Virus record (IMG/VR): IMGVR_UViG_2778261035_000005
From: a virus
Taxonomy: Duplodnaviria > Heunggongvirae > Uroviricota > Caudoviricetes
Reading direction: 5' to 3' (one strand)
DNA length: 64,000 nucleotides
The notes beneath the pieces were generated by a model. The model saw only the letters and a list, made by a program, of their open reading frames with translations, made no database searches and was not told the origin of the DNA. Position 1 is the first letter of the stretch. Every line of letters begins with the position of its first letter. The translations under genes were made by a program, and so were the position numbers. Positions 28,333-37,691 of this stretch are shown one piece after another.

Positions 28333-29436
28333 ATGAAAAATAGCTTTGACAGAGCACGCGCTGCGGAGAACACCTCAAAAGAGGCGATTGAGTATCTCGA
28401 AAGAGCATCTCAAATGCAGGCCGTTATGATCTCCCAGGTCAGCAATGACATGAGATTCTCGGACGCATTCATGTTATTCACTCGCTTATCTCTGCTGATA
28501 ACAAGACGTCGGCCAGAGATCGCTGTTCATTGTATTTTGATACATGTTTTGCCGCACATTGCCGATGTAAAAGTAAGTGATATTAATAGGTTCATGGTGA
28601 ACCAACTGGTCAACCCACTAATACTGGATGGCAAAATTGTTATGGGTCGCCGCGTTTTCTCTCTGATGAAGCAGTTCCTCAGCTGGTGCGCCTTCCAGGG
28701 GATGATCGACGTGTCACCGTTAAACGATATGTCACTTAACAAAGTTGCCGGTGGCGCAAAGCCCACACCTCGCGAGCGGAAGCTAACCGACGCAGAGGTA
28801 TGGGTGTTCTGGAATATATGGGACTACTTCAATGTGTGTGCTGGTACAAAATGGGCGGCCAGGCTATGTCTTGTATCCGCAAGACGACCTGACGAAGTAC
28901 TGCGGGCTAAAAAAAGTGAGTTCAACCTCCAGCGTGGGGTTTGGAATCAAGGCAAGAGAAACAAATCAGCCCGTGAGCATTCTCTGCCTTTAAGCACATT
29001 AATGCGCACATGCATTGAAGAGTTATTCGAATATGGTAAAGGCAGCCAGTGGCTTGTGCCTTCGAATAAAAAAATCGGGAAAGATCTTCCGATGTCTAAA
29101 GTGGCAATAGCCCAGGCATTACGCCGTATCCTGGAACGACCAGAACTGATGGAGCTTGAGCCATTTACACCACGAGATTTGCGTCGTACTGCGCGTAGTT
29201 ACTTCCCAGCATTAGGCATAAGCCAGGAGGTATCACGTAAAATCATGAACCACAGTCTTGAGGGGATAGATCGGGTCTACGACCGGCACGATTATATGGA
29301 CGAGATGCGAGACGCCTTAGAAAGTTTCTCGACGTACATCGCATCAATCGTAGAGCAACCGGATTTAGACGAAATTGACCACAAATTCAAGGGAGATCGT
29401 CTATCGACAGAGCTTATTCGTGTAAATTTTTCATAG
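28333..29436 (+). CDS. Tyrosine-type site-specific recombinase / integrase
   Basis: C-terminal catalytic region with R...H..R...Y arrangement (RRPDE, TPRDLRRTARS, HSLEGIDRVYDRHDY). Confidence 0.7.
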   Translation: MKNSFDRARAAENTSKEAIEYLERASQMQAVMISQVSNDMRFSDAFMLFTRLSLLITRRRPEIAVHCILIHVLPHIADVKVSDINRFMVNQLVNPLILDGKIVMGRRVFSLMKQFLSWCAFQGMIDVSPLNDMSLNKVAGGAKPTPRERKLTDAEVWVFWNIWDYFNVCAGTKWAARLCLVSARRPDEVLRAKKSEFNLQRGVWNQGKRNKSAREHSLPLSTLMRTCIEELFEYGKGSQWLVPSNKKIGKDLPMSKVAIAQALRRILERPELMELEPFTPRDLRRTARSYFPALGISQEVSRKIMNHSLEGIDRVYDRHDYMDEMRDALESFSTYIASIVEQPDLDEIDHKFKGDRLSTELIRVNFS

Positions 29437-29817
29437 AGACTTTATGGCCTCAACAACCTTTTGTGATGCGCCTTTCTCTTTACCGAATCGCTCGTTATAT
29501 GCAGCAAGAACCTGTTTTTCGTCCTCGTTAAGAGGAGCAGTGCCTTCTTTGTATAAAAATGCTGCGAGTTCGGGTTGGCGTTCTTCCAGCACCATCATCA
29601 TAAGACGACTTGGCTCAATACCCAGTGCCAGCGCCAGCGGACGAACCTTATCGATAGGCAAAGGAATTTTGCCGCTTTTAATTAAAGAAAGGTTGTTGGC
29701 GTTTTTATACCCAATTGTTTTGGCTATCTGGGCCTGGCTCATAGGTGAGGATTCAATCAACCCTGCGATAAAAGCAGCGTAGCGACTTTCTATAAATTCA
29801 ATCTTGTTGTCAGACAT
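29431..29817 (-). CDS. XRE-family helix-turn-helix regulator
   Basis: HTH segment MSQAQIAKTIGYKNANNLSLIKSGK; convergent with and overlapping the recombinase 3-prime end. Confidence 0.65.
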   Translation of the reverse strand: MSDNKIEFIESRYAAFIAGLIESSPMSQAQIAKTIGYKNANNLSLIKSGKIPLPIDKVRPLALALGIEPSRLMMMVLEERQPELAAFLYKEGTAPLNEDEKQVLAAYNERFGKEKGASQKVVEAIKSL

Positions 29818-30379
29818 TGTTACAACCTTTGCGCGTTCAATTCTCTCTGGTAAGTGCTTACCGATATTACATCAAAGGTTAGGGTTGTAAAGCTATTATC
29901 ATTTTTTTCGGCAGGCACTTTAAAGACCGGACAAAGACCAATGCATGGTGAAAAACTAGCCCCAAATAGGTAAGAAAATTAACTTGCATCTAATATGGAT
30001 GTATTCAGTATTGATATAAATTTTAGTAGTATTCCTTACAATAGTATAAGTAAGAATGGATTGATTGAATGAACACCACTATTTCCAGCCTAATAGCTCT
30101 TGAGATCGGACACGTACAAAAATTAGCTGATGAGTGTGTAGCTGACATCCTCACCGAGCTACCGAATGAGCAGATTGAGGTTGGTGTGAATGACACAACT
30201 GGCTTTATATTCGAACTTAACAACAAACGCTTCACGCTTATCAATACCGGCTCCGGGTCTTTAGCCGTCAGAACCTGTTAATCCCTCTTCTACCTGCGCG
30301 AATGGCTTAGTTCCCTGTTCGCGCAGTGCTACATTAAACACACTAGTAAATAATTTGTTTTCATAACAAAGGATTAGCC

Positions 30380-32488
30380 ATGTCCAAAAAACGTTCCATC
30401 AAAGAGGTTCAGGACTTCCGTGACAGTGTAAAACGAGTAGTCGCTCTCCTTTCAGGTAAAAACATCCCTGTTGCAGAACGAGGGGACGACGCTTATGTAC
30501 GCTATAACGATGATGGAGAGCCAATTCTCGTAAACATCCCATCAATCCCAGATAACGCAACACCGGCATTGATGAATGCAGTACGCGGATTTCTAGATCA
30601 TGAAGTTGCTCACATTTTGTTTACCGATATTCATGTGTCCAACAAAATGAGAGAAAAAGGACACGTCCCTTCCTGGTCACTATGGAATGCCTTAGAAGAC
30701 GTGTTCATCGAGCGAAAAATGGGGCAGGTCTTTAACGGAACAAGACGTAATCTGATGGCAACTCAGCGCCTGATAATCGAAAAAGTCTTTAAACCAAAGG
30801 CTTCAGAGGCTATTACTTATTGTGGCAAAGATCAGCGCGCGCTTTTTCTAAACTTCTTTCTCTGTCCGGTTGTAAGAGCCTGGGATGGCCAAGCACCGTT
30901 CGTAGATTTCATGGATGAATACTGGCCTGTCATTGAGAAACCAATTTCATTATTAAAAGAACATGGTATCGATGTGGCCGTGCGTAACATGTCTTGCACC
31001 GAGGATTGTTTAAAGGTGGCTGCGACCATAGCTAAGATCCTCAAAGACACAGAAAGTGAAAGCAAAGGTAAGGAGTCAGCTCCGGGAAAAACTCCCGATC
31101 CTTCAGACGCTGACCAAGCGGATTCCTCTGGAGAAAGTAATGAAGACAATGAAGATCACAAGACACATGAGATGCTAGATAACCACATATCTATAGATGA
31201 TGAGTCACACGGTAAGTACATACATGATGATAACGATAGTGATGATTCAGATAATTCTGAATCATCAGAAACAATATTCGATGATACAAAAAATGATAAA
31301 GAGGTATTAGATTCTGATACTTCCAATAGCGCGACGACAGAAGCAACTACCTCGGATCACGAAAAAAGAAAAACGGCAGAAGACGGCTCTTCAGACATTC
31401 CCACTCCGTCCAAAATGAGTCTGGAAGAGGCTTTAGAGGAGCTTGATAGCATGGAAGATGAAGTCGGAGGCATGACAGAAGATGCACTATCCGAAACGAT
31501 TAAAAGCGAGTTAACAGAAAGCTCGAAAAGCGAATACAGGCCATACAATCGCTCATACGACTTCATCGGTTCGATTGATCAGGCAGAAGCCCATATCAAA
31601 CGGCTTATTAAAACATTCTCCGATATTGATTTAGGTGGATATCCAATCAGCCGTTATCGCATCGTTCCTGAAGGCAACCAACTCTTCGACAAATATATTG
31701 AAAAGCATCTTTCGTCAGGTGTTTCGTCGACGCTGGCAAAAGACCTGGAGCGTGCAATTGCAAGCAGAAACAGAGTTCAGTTTATACCGGGCCAGCGTCG
31801 GGGGCGCATTCATGGTTCTAGTATCTACAGATTAGCAATGAATGATGATCGCGTGTTTCGTAAAAAAGAAGAATCTAAGGCCGTTAACGCCTGTGTTCAA
31901 CAAGTGATTGATTTATCAGGTTCAATGAGCGGCGAAACGATTAAACTGGCTCTTGCAAGTGCATATACCATCGCCGATGCGCTTGATCGAATAAATGTTC
32001 CCAACATTATCACCGGCTTCACAACATTTGGTAGTCATATGGCAGCAGGAGAGCTTAAGGCAATCAAGTATGAGTTCTCTCGCTTTGAATCTTTAATGCT
32101 ACCTATCATCAAAAATTGGAATGAAAAGGCAAATTCTCGCGAAGTTCGCTCACGTATGGGGTGCGTAGGCTACACATTCCCACTTCTTAATAACGTGGAT
32201 GGTGAAAGCATAGCCAGCCTTGCATCGTTATTTTCTGGTCGCATGGAGGACAAGAAGATCATGCTTGTTCTAAGCGATGGCGCGCCGTGGGCTGTTGGGA
32301 GAGGTTTTGACGCTCATTTGCGTTCGGTTGCGAAGCAAATTGAAACGCAGACTGACATTGATTTGATGGCAATTGGCATCATGACTGACGCACCGGAGAG
32401 ATTTTACGCAAACCATGCCCTAGTAACGAGCGTTGATAGTCTTGGTTCATCTGTAGTTACTGAACTATCTCGTATCATTTTGAAGTGA
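30380..32488 (+). CDS. CobT-like protein with acidic linker and C-terminal von Willebrand factor A domain
   Basis: 702 aa; long Asp/Glu/Ser-rich low-complexity stretch; MIDAS motif DLSGSMSG in the C-terminal domain. Confidence 0.65.
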   Translation: MSKKRSIKEVQDFRDSVKRVVALLSGKNIPVAERGDDAYVRYNDDGEPILVNIPSIPDNATPALMNAVRGFLDHEVAHILFTDIHVSNKMREKGHVPSWSLWNALEDVFIERKMGQVFNGTRRNLMATQRLIIEKVFKPKASEAITYCGKDQRALFLNFFLCPVVRAWDGQAPFVDFMDEYWPVIEKPISLLKEHGIDVAVRNMSCTEDCLKVAATIAKILKDTESESKGKESAPGKTPDPSDADQADSSGESNEDNEDHKTHEMLDNHISIDDESHGKYIHDDNDSDDSDNSESSETIFDDTKNDKEVLDSDTSNSATTEATTSDHEKRKTAEDGSSDIPTPSKMSLEEALEELDSMEDEVGGMTEDALSETIKSELTESSKSEYRPYNRSYDFIGSIDQAEAHIKRLIKTFSDIDLGGYPISRYRIVPEGNQLFDKYIEKHLSSGVSSTLAKDLERAIASRNRVQFIPGQRRGRIHGSSIYRLAMNDDRVFRKKEESKAVNACVQQVIDLSGSMSGETIKLALASAYTIADALDRINVPNIITGFTTFGSHMAAGELKAIKYEFSRFESLMLPIIKNWNEKANSREVRSRMGCVGYTFPLLNNVDGESIASLASLFSGRMEDKKIMLVLSDGAPWAVGRGFDAHLRSVAKQIETQTDIDLMAIGIMTDAPERFYANHALVTSVDSLGSSVVTELSRIILK

Positions 32489-32583
32489 TTAGAATAGCCT
32501 TAATGATAAGTAATCACTTACGATATTTGATGGTATATTTATATAAGAAGTTGAAAGCTCATTAGAAAACAAAGGAAAAACGC

Positions 32584-33819
32584 ATGACTACTACTGCACT
32601 GCAAAATGAAAAAAATCCTTCTGATTACCTTGTTTGCAAGTGGTGCGGAAAATCATTTCACTATTTTAAGTCCCATGTAGCCAATGGTAATTGCGAGGGC
32701 ATTCCTGAGTCAGTAAAAGATGCCGATCCTGACACCGTACTGAAAATGTACACAACGCAGTTTCCAGATGAGCCAACGCTATCGAAAAAGGCACTTGATG
32801 CAATTCAAGCTAAACGTGCCGAGCAAACAAGCGAAATGGCCAAATCATCTGGCGTGACCAATAGCCCAGGCTATACAGGCACAGTTGAGTACAAGACAGA
32901 TCTGGTCGCAGCTCACGAACTGCTAAATGTAACGGTGAAAGAACTCGGAACAAAACGTGGGACGCCGCTCATGGTTAGCGTCAACGTCAATACGCCGTTT
33001 CCAGAGTTCGTTCCAGAAGTGAAGAAGGGATACGTATATGGCGACTTCGAACTGATCAAAGACATTTTCATGATGCTTGAACTTGGCATACCAGGCTATT
33101 TGTGGGGTCATGCAGGAACAGGCAAATCTTCATTGCCTACACAACTATGTGCTTTGCTCAATCGTCCGTTAATCCGTGCCCAACATACAGCATCAATGGA
33201 AGAGGCTCATGTTACGGGACAAATTCTGGCGCGTGATGGCTCTACGTATTTCGAGCCTGGCTTGCTTGCGCTCGCAATGAAGCATGGCTGGGTTTACCTC
33301 GCGGATGAATACGACTTTGCGTTTCCACAGATTCTTGGCGTGTATCAGCCAGTGCTGGAAGGTGAAGCGTTGGTCATCAAAGAGGCGACTCCAGAATGGC
33401 GTCGCATTACTCCGCATGAACGGTTTGCTTTCATTGGCACTGGCAACACGAACGGATCTGGTGATGAAACCGGCTTGTACCAGGGTACAAACATCCAGAA
33501 CGCCGCTAACTTTTCGCGTTTTGGCATCGTTTCGAATGTGAAATACATGAGCAAAGAGGCAGAGATCAGCATGTTGATAAATGCTGGCATCGTGGATGAA
33601 TACGCTGAAAAGATGGTTAAGTTTGCCGGTATCGTTCGCGATGGATACGAAGAACACCTGATCAGTCAGCCGATTGGCCCTCGTGAACTTTTGTTGTCGG
33701 CCAAGATTGGAATGATGCGAGGCGACTTTGTGACAGGTATTGAGCGTTCTTTCATTAACAAACTCCCTTCAGCTTCTGCGCAAGCGGCACGTGAAGTTGT
33801 TCAAAAAATATTTGGTTAA
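32584..33819 (+). CDS. CobS/MoxR-like AAA+ ATPase
   Basis: Walker A GHAGTGKS, Walker B LADEYD; Cys-rich N-terminal extension; follows the conserved RBS context. Confidence 0.7.
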   Translation: MTTTALQNEKNPSDYLVCKWCGKSFHYFKSHVANGNCEGIPESVKDADPDTVLKMYTTQFPDEPTLSKKALDAIQAKRAEQTSEMAKSSGVTNSPGYTGTVEYKTDLVAAHELLNVTVKELGTKRGTPLMVSVNVNTPFPEFVPEVKKGYVYGDFELIKDIFMMLELGIPGYLWGHAGTGKSSLPTQLCALLNRPLIRAQHTASMEEAHVTGQILARDGSTYFEPGLLALAMKHGWVYLADEYDFAFPQILGVYQPVLEGEALVIKEATPEWRRITPHERFAFIGTGNTNGSGDETGLYQGTNIQNAANFSRFGIVSNVKYMSKEAEISMLINAGIVDEYAEKMVKFAGIVRDGYEEHLISQPIGPRELLLSAKIGMMRGDFVTGIERSFINKLPSASAQAAREVVQKIFG

Positions 33820-33999
33820 TCGTGCGTAAAGGATGTTTCGGCTCTCTTATCGCTGCTTCTGAAACTGGCAAGGCTTGTCTGGTGTGTCCAGACAAGCCCG
33901 ATTGTCACCAATCAGCAAAAGAAGTTGCGATTTCGATGTATGGGAAGTTCGTAGGCTTCCCCAATGACAAAATCAAAAAAACCAGAAAGGTAAAAACAC

Positions 34000-36900
34000 A
34001 TGAAGGCTCTGATGGTTCGAACTGACTTCTCTCTTGGGGAGTCGGCTCTAAAAGCAGAAAACGCGGTGAAGATTGCCAGAGAAGCTGGCTACACCGCTGT
34101 AATTTCGGCAGATAGCATGAATATTGCGAGTGTTATTCCACTACAACGTGCCGCTGGTGACGACATGGCGGTTATTTGTGGTGTGAAACTAAACATTGTT
34201 GATGATCCCACATACGAGCACCGGGCTAAACTTGCTAAAGAGTCTATGGGATGTATGGAATCATTAGAGCGTGGGCGGAACTACTCCTTTACCGCTCTAA
34301 TTAAAAATGAGCAGGGATATCGAGACATCTGCGAACTAATGACGGCGGCCAACACACGAGAACAGTTCTACTTTGTACCGCGTCTCTCGCTCGAACAGTT
34401 GGTTTCTACATATGCCAAAGGCAACATCATCCTGCTCACTGCCGACATCGGTAGCGTGTTCCAACGCAACGATTTTGCAAAAATCATAAGCTCACTGATT
34501 ACAGCGGGTGGAAAAGACAACTTCTATAGTGTGGTTTATCCGCACCCTACCCCATTCTACGACCAGATTAACGTCCGGGCGATGAAAGTCGCCAGCGCAC
34601 TGAAAATAGAGCCAGTAGCGTTCTATCCCGCTTATTACGAATCGATCGACGATGCAGACATTAAAGACATTGCGCACATGGTTACGAACAACATCAAAAT
34701 CGACCAGCCGCATCGTCTGCGTATCCCCCACCAGCGAGATAACGCCGTCAATGGTCGCCGCCATCTCCTTGAGGCGCTGAAAGCCTTCTCCGTTCGCATG
34801 GATGTGCCGGTAACAGCTGCAATGGCCTCAACAACGCAGGATACCATTATCGATGCCTGCACATGGCGCTGGCATGAATTGCCACCAGCACTGCCAAAGA
34901 TGGCAGACGACGAGCCTGCAACGCTGATGAAACTGGCCGTTGCTGGGCTGCGTAAACGTCTTACCACAAAAGAGTTTGGCTACACACCACCGGCTTCTGA
35001 GAACAGGGTTTATGTTGAGCGACTTAAGTACGAAATGGACACGCTTACTCGCCTGGGATTTTGTGGTTACTTCCTGATGGTACGCGATCTGATGAATCAC
35101 AGCCGTGAAACTGGCATTCCTGTCGGGCCTGGTCGTGGTTCCTCCGCTGGCTCTTTGGTGGCATGGTGCATAGGCATAACCAACGTCGACCCTATCCGTC
35201 ACGGTCTTCTGTTTGAACGTTTCATCAACCCTGAGCGTCTCGACTTGCCAGATGCGGACTTGGACTTCAGCCAGGCACGTCGCCATGAGGTGATCGAGTA
35301 TCTGAATGAACGCTACGGCGAAGATTACGTTGCAGGCATTCCGAACTTCACCTACCTGGGCGCGGCCTCTGCACTACGTGACACCGCTCGTATTTATGGT
35401 GTGGAGTCCGCAGATATGGCGGTATCAAAAGAACTGAAGAACGTCGAGGATGATAGCCTTCCATTGGAAGAGCTGCGCGAACAACTGGCAAGCCTCGACA
35501 AATACGCGACAAAATATCCTGATGCATTCAATGCAGCCTGCAAGTTACAAAGCCTTATGCGTGGCTATGGTAGACATGCGGCAGGGATGATCGTAGCAGG
35601 TGTTCCTCTGACAGAACGAACACCGGTTGAACGACGTGGTGACGCGCGTTGTATCGCATTTGACAAGCGTTACTGCGAGGCTATGGGCCTAATTAAGCTG
35701 GACGTACTTGGCCTGGCGACTCTCGATTTGCTCGATAGTGCAAAACGCTACATTAAAGAGAACACAGGTGAGGATATCAATCTTGATGCCATTTCTCTTG
35801 AAGATCGCAAGGTGCTGGATGGTTTTGCTGCTGGGTACACTCAAGGTGTTTTCCAGCTTGAATCAGGCCCAATGCGCAAGCTGCTTAAAGATTTAGGTGG
35901 TGGAATTGAGCCAATGAGCTTTAAAACGGTCGTTGCTACGACTGCGCTCTTCCGGCCGGGGCCAATTCAGTCAGGCATGTTGGATGATTATGTTTCTGTC
36001 GCCAAAGGCTTTATGACGCCGGAATCATTACACCCCGTTCTTGATGAACTTACCGCAGAAACAAATGGCGTGATTCTTTATCAGGAACAGACGATGAACG
36101 CGACTCGATTGCTTGCGGGCTTCACAATGGCTGAAGCTGACGGCGTTCGTAAAGCGATCGGCAAAAAAGACATGGAGAAAATGAAGAGCATGGGTGAGAA
36201 GTTCATCGTTCAGGCTCAAGCTGGCTGGATAGACGTTGAGCTGGAAGATGGCACTACACAGCGCATTCACCGTGCGGAACATTTTAAATGCGAAGACGGA
36301 ACACTGAAAACTGTCGAAGAGGCGCTTGAACACGGCGCAAAACTACCTATAAACGCAGTACGCGTGACAGCGTCACACCCAGGGCTATCAGAGATGAAAG
36401 CGAAGGAGATCTGGACCGCATTCGAAAAAAATGGTGCCTACCAGTTCAACAAATCACACTCTGTTGCTTACTCCTTGATCAGTTATCAATCTATGTGGTT
36501 GAAAACTCATTATCCCGCAGAGTTTTTCGCTGCTGCTCTCACTATTCTTGGCGAAGATAAACACCAGGGGCTGGTTAAAGATGCGCTGACCTATGGTATT
36601 CGCGTATTGCCACCAGACGTTAACGTGTCATCCAACCGAATCGAGATCCGCACGCTTGAAGATGGCAGCCAGGTGCTGTATGCGCCCTTCTCTGCTGTGA
36701 AGGGGTGTTCTGAGAATGGCTGCCAAGCCATCATGAGAGCGCGAGAAAAAGTTGGCGGCAAATTCGAGTCACTGGCGCAATTCGAAGAAGCTGTCGAGAA
36801 ACGTGCCTGTAATAGTCGAGTGCGCGAATCGCTGCAAAAAGTAGGGGCGTTTGCATCCATCGAGCCAGGTAGTCTGCCAGCAACTGATCCAGAGCGCCTA

Positions 36901-37518
36901 CGCGACCAGGCTGAATTGATGGGAAACCTTGTCATAGACGCAGTTAAAGCCTCACGTCCGTTTGAGATGAACCCCAAACGTTCGGCTGAGATTAACGTGC
37001 TCATGACACGGATGGCGGCTGAAATGGGCTTAGGTGATGAACTAATCCGCCCCAGCATTGGTATTAAGCCGAAAATCATGATCATTCTGGACAATGCGAA
37101 CGGCAATGATGCTCGAACCGGTTACTTTATGGAGAACGGATACGACGATTTTAAGGCCAAGCTATTGACGGCTGGAGATTTACGCATGGGCGATCTCTAT
37201 GTCACAGGCGTTTGCAAGAAGGTTAAAGACAAAGAAAAAGACTACACCAAAGACGAGATCGGCCAGTTCACCGACTTTATGCGTGAAGAGATCAATCTGG
37301 TGCGTCCAACCTATGTGCTGACGTGTGGCAGCCGGGCGACATCGCTCTTCAACAACAAGAGCAAACCATCCGACCTGGTTGGACGCAAAGAGTATCTGCC
37401 GGAGCTGGATGTGACTGTTTTCTACGGATTTAACCCGAATATTTTGTACTTTCGCCCAGAGGAAGGCGAAAAGCTGGAAGCAATTCTTGCAGAGGTAGCG
37501 GAGACTATTAGCAAATGA
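34000..37518 (+). CDS. dnaE: DNA polymerase III alpha-type (DnaE-like) replicative polymerase with extra C-terminal domain
   Basis: 1172 aa; PHP-like N-terminus lacking the usual histidines; central region typical of DnaE-type polymerases; last ~300 aa show a UDG family-4-like pattern. Confidence 0.75.
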   Translation: MKALMVRTDFSLGESALKAENAVKIAREAGYTAVISADSMNIASVIPLQRAAGDDMAVICGVKLNIVDDPTYEHRAKLAKESMGCMESLERGRNYSFTALIKNEQGYRDICELMTAANTREQFYFVPRLSLEQLVSTYAKGNIILLTADIGSVFQRNDFAKIISSLITAGGKDNFYSVVYPHPTPFYDQINVRAMKVASALKIEPVAFYPAYYESIDDADIKDIAHMVTNNIKIDQPHRLRIPHQRDNAVNGRRHLLEALKAFSVRMDVPVTAAMASTTQDTIIDACTWRWHELPPALPKMADDEPATLMKLAVAGLRKRLTTKEFGYTPPASENRVYVERLKYEMDTLTRLGFCGYFLMVRDLMNHSRETGIPVGPGRGSSAGSLVAWCIGITNVDPIRHGLLFERFINPERLDLPDADLDFSQARRHEVIEYLNERYGEDYVAGIPNFTYLGAASALRDTARIYGVESADMAVSKELKNVEDDSLPLEELREQLASLDKYATKYPDAFNAACKLQSLMRGYGRHAAGMIVAGVPLTERTPVERRGDARCIAFDKRYCEAMGLIKLDVLGLATLDLLDSAKRYIKENTGEDINLDAISLEDRKVLDGFAAGYTQGVFQLESGPMRKLLKDLGGGIEPMSFKTVVATTALFRPGPIQSGMLDDYVSVAKGFMTPESLHPVLDELTAETNGVILYQEQTMNATRLLAGFTMAEADGVRKAIGKKDMEKMKSMGEKFIVQAQAGWIDVELEDGTTQRIHRAEHFKCEDGTLKTVEEALEHGAKLPINAVRVTASHPGLSEMKAKEIWTAFEKNGAYQFNKSHSVAYSLISYQSMWLKTHYPAEFFAAALTILGEDKHQGLVKDALTYGIRVLPPDVNVSSNRIEIRTLEDGSQVLYAPFSAVKGCSENGCQAIMRAREKVGGKFESLAQFEEAVEKRACNSRVRESLQKVGAFASIEPGSLPATDPERLRDQAELMGNLVIDAVKASRPFEMNPKRSAEINVLMTRMAAEMGLGDELIRPSIGIKPKIMIILDNANGNDARTGYFMENGYDDFKAKLLTAGDLRMGDLYVTGVCKKVKDKEKDYTKDEIGQFTDFMREEINLVRPTYVLTCGSRATSLFNNKSKPSDLVGRKEYLPELDVTVFYGFNPNILYFRPEEGEKLEAILAEVAETISK

Positions 37519-37647
37519 ACAAAGCGAACACCATGAAGGTGGCCAAAGAGCAAAGAGTTTATGGAAGTAAACAAGATTGGCGATGTGAGACAGTACAGGC
37601 TGAAGCGCCAGACCAGAGTCACGCTATCCAATATTTTTGGTAAGAAA

Positions 37648-37679
37648 GTCGCCTAATGAAAAGCTCGTCAATTGACGAG
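37648..37679. terminator. Bidirectional rho-independent terminator
   Basis: GAAA-AGCTCGTC-AATT-GACGAGCT-TTTCATTT between convergent dnaE and the minus-strand gene. Confidence 0.75.
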
Positions 37680-37691
37680 CTTTTCATTTGA

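Noticed and set aside
24889-29436. Interpretation of the tRNA-recombinase region as a chromosomal attachment junction marking a prophage end
   Set aside because: Phage genes continue on both sides, and the only direct repeats found are short tRNA 3-prime-end-like duplications inside the tRNA cluster; insufficient for an att boundary call.
34492-35286. Three minus-strand ORFs (90-152 aa) inside dnaE
   Set aside because: Antisense to a long, motif-supported polymerase gene; typical shadow ORFs.
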